Shown here: piece after piece, positions 61,685 to 64,000 of the stretch
Layout of the letters: the number at the start of each line of letters is the position of its first letter
How positions within the stretch are numbered: the first letter of the stretch is position 1
DNA from: Anaeramoeba ignava BMAN
Lineage: Eukaryota > Protista > Anaeramoebae
DNA length: 64,000 nucleotides
Assembly: GCA_028826165.1 (NCBI GenBank)
Contig: JAPDFW010000060.1
Coordinates: 505,624 to 569,623, forward strand
Direction of reading: 5' to 3'
The notes under the pieces: model-generated
Told to the model about the DNA's origin: nothing
Database searches by the model: none
Seen by the model: only the letters and a program-made list of their open reading frames with translations
Program-made: the position numbers and the translations under genes

Positions 61685-62540
61685 ATGCAAAAACAAAAAT
61701 ATTTCAAATAAAAATTATGAAGAAATTAAATTAGAAGTTTCAATCAAAGAAAATGAATTACCAATCAAAGTATCAGATATCCATCTTGAAATCATTTTGA
61801 AACAAAAGAATCGATCCCAAAAATTTGATAATTGCAAAAAGCAAAAATACTTGGATTATTAGGAGATATTGGATTAATAAAACAACGAATTATTGGAATA
61901 TTTTAGAGAGAAAATTTTCAGAAAAATTTGAAATAATATTTTTCATTGCGGAAATCACGAATTTTACAATCACAATGCAGAAAGTATTTTTGACTTATGA
62001 AGAACAACTAGGAAAATTAGAAAGAATTTGTTCTTCTTTTCAAATATTTTCTTGATAAATGTTGATGCTAATCAGAAAAAGAAGATTGGTGGAGATCATG
62101 GATTCCGATTTCTTGGAACAACGTTGTGTCTTATATTTCTGATAATCTTTATGAATCAAATTGAAATTGCTTGTTTGATTTGATATTCAAAATAAATTTG
62201 AACCGATTACCAAAACACAAAAGCTGGTTTTGATGAAAATGCGGAATTGGATGTTTTCTAGATTATATCCTCTCCAAAAAAACAAAGAATCGCAAGTTTC
62301 TTTCTCATCACATAACACTTGAAGGAACTTCCTTATCGAAGAAATTGGAGATATTCAGCATGCCTTTTCGAGTAATTTGGATTCTTTATTGATCGAGAAA
62401 AACGAATATTTCTTGTTTGTTGTGGGCATACTATTTGAAATTTGATTTTATGAGAAATGAACAAGAGCGAGTAATAATCACTCGTATATTAAAACTGAGT
62501 GAGATCAAATTATTCTCCTGAATTTATTATCAAAATAAAA
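61685..62540 (+). pseudogene. Calcineurin-like metallophosphoesterase, multiply frameshifted
   Basis: Ordered motifs across frames: VSDIHLE, LGDIG, IA(G)NHEFY, IRFLGTTL, ITH, AFSSNLD, CGHT. Confidence 0.7.
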
Positions 62541-63269
62541 ATTTCAAAAATCAAAAACAAAAATTTTTGAGAACTTTTTATTCAGCAAATTTTAAAGCAA
62601 AAATTATTTTTATTTTATTTAAAAAAATATTGATCAAATCTTCATTTTTGAGTAATTTTTCATTTTCTAAAAATGGACAATCTTCTAATTAATTGAGCGC
62701 ATTCAAAATAAATTCCAAAATGACGGGGAAACTAGAACAATTTTTGATTTGTAAAACAAATACAGAAAAGGATCTTGTTGAACTTGTTTCTTGTTGTCTT
62801 TCTGGAAAACTAAAACATCTTTTGAAAAATAATTGATTGAAGGTTTCTGCCTTTCTCCGAAATTTTAAAGCTCTTGAAATTTAAAAAGATGTTTGATTTT
62901 TCTGATGAATTTCTTGAATCTTTTCATGAAGTACATATCTATTGAGGAAGATCAATAAAATTTTTATTAAACTAAAATGAATAATAAGAAAAAGAAAAAG
63001 AAAAAGAAATTATTGACATATTACATCCTTCTAGGATGATCAAAAGAAAATTTTTAAAAACTGTGATTGATAAAGTTACCCATTGTTTTGATTGCAATAT
63101 CTAAACAATTCTTATTCTTTTTCAATTCCAAAAAGAAAGAAAAAAAGAAAGAAATTACAATTTAAGAAAAATTGAATCAAAATTGAAATGTTTTTACTTT
63201 CTTTTTAAATTTGTATTTTTTTCAAATGTAAATTTTGATTTATTTTTATAAATTTCTGATAATTCAAAA

Positions 63270-64000
63270 CTCTATTGTAGTTTCTAATATTTTGCTCCTT
63301 TATTAGTCAAAAATAAATAACATCAAAAGTGTTCTTGTTTGTATTGCTATCATTAAAGCTGTTTCTCCCTGTAAAATAAAAGTAAATTTTTATAATCAAA
63401 ATGAAACGGAAACAATTTTACTTTCTTAAAAATGGGAATTAATTTTAATTTATTTATAAAATATATTATTATTAAATTTACAAGATTTGAATGAATATTT
63501 GGATGATAATAATTCTTCAAACAATATTTAAATTTCCCTGATGAACAAGATATCATTAAAAGCTGTTTCTCCCCTACTAGTAAATTTTTATAATCAAATG
63601 AAACAGAAATAATTTTACTTTTCTTTATGAAATTAATTTTTAATTTATTTATAAAATATATTATTATTAAATTTACAAGATTTTTGAATATCAATTTTTG
63701 TGGATAATAATAATTCTTAACAATATTTAAATTTCCTGTTAAAGCAAGATATCATTAAAGCTGTTATTTCTCTAATAATAAAATAAAGTAAATTTTTATA
63801 ATCAAAATGAAAACAGAAACAATTTTACTTTTCTTTAAAAATGGAAATTAATTTTAATTTATTTATAAAAATATATTATTATTAAATTTACAAGATTTTG
63901 AATATCAATTTGTGGGGTTTTTTGATAATAATTCTTTAACAATATCTAAATTTCTGTTAAAACAAGCTATCATTAAAGCTGTTTCTTTCTAATAAAATAA
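63270..64000 (-). pseudogene. 3' end of an ankyrin-repeat gene with one repeat per exon, indel-rich, 5' part outside the window
   Basis: Units of about 200 bp with exons near 63892-63988, 63677-63771, 63482-63573 and a terminal exon ending at 63368. Consensus after indel correction is about GETALMISCxxGNLNIVKELLSxxIDIQNL; the introns are near-identical. Confidence 0.7.

Noticed and set aside
62672-62960. Possible degraded coding fragment after the phosphoesterase
   Set aside because: The composition is coding-like, but there is no recognisable motif or sustained reading frame.

Overview
This window is extremely AT-rich eukaryotic nuclear DNA with GT-AG spliceosomal introns, many of them filled with simple repeats. 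The AT richness, the intein in a nuclear ubiquitin-ligase gene and the tandem TCATTTT elements before start codons suggest a metamonad such as Anaeramoeba, but that is inference. Positions 1-53 kb are gene-dense: WDR44-like WD40 protein, double-AAA ATPase, XPF/ERCC4, ankyrin-BTB protein, a Tudor-less SMN-like gene, ORC5, three tandem long-chain acyl-CoA synthetases interleaved with CIR1 and a CIR1 pseudogene, TSR1, an Ariadne RBR E3 ligase, adenylate kinase, LSM14/Scd6-like, NEF1-like membrane protein and an FN3 surface protein. The Ariadne gene carries a 550-aa intein (33166-34815) inserted just before the last Zn-binding Cys of the catalytic RING2. The intein has a decayed LAGLIDADG domain and what looks like a second internal copy of intein N-terminal sequence. 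Positions 53.9-64 kb are indel-rich and largely invisible to the ORF track. They hold a minus-strand array of about 25 exon-intron units, each 129-nt phase-1 exon encoding one armadillo repeat with variation concentrated on helix 3, then a frameshifted metallophosphoesterase and the end of a similar one-exon-per-repeat ankyrin array. All exon structures were read by eye and family calls come from remembered motifs, not database searches.
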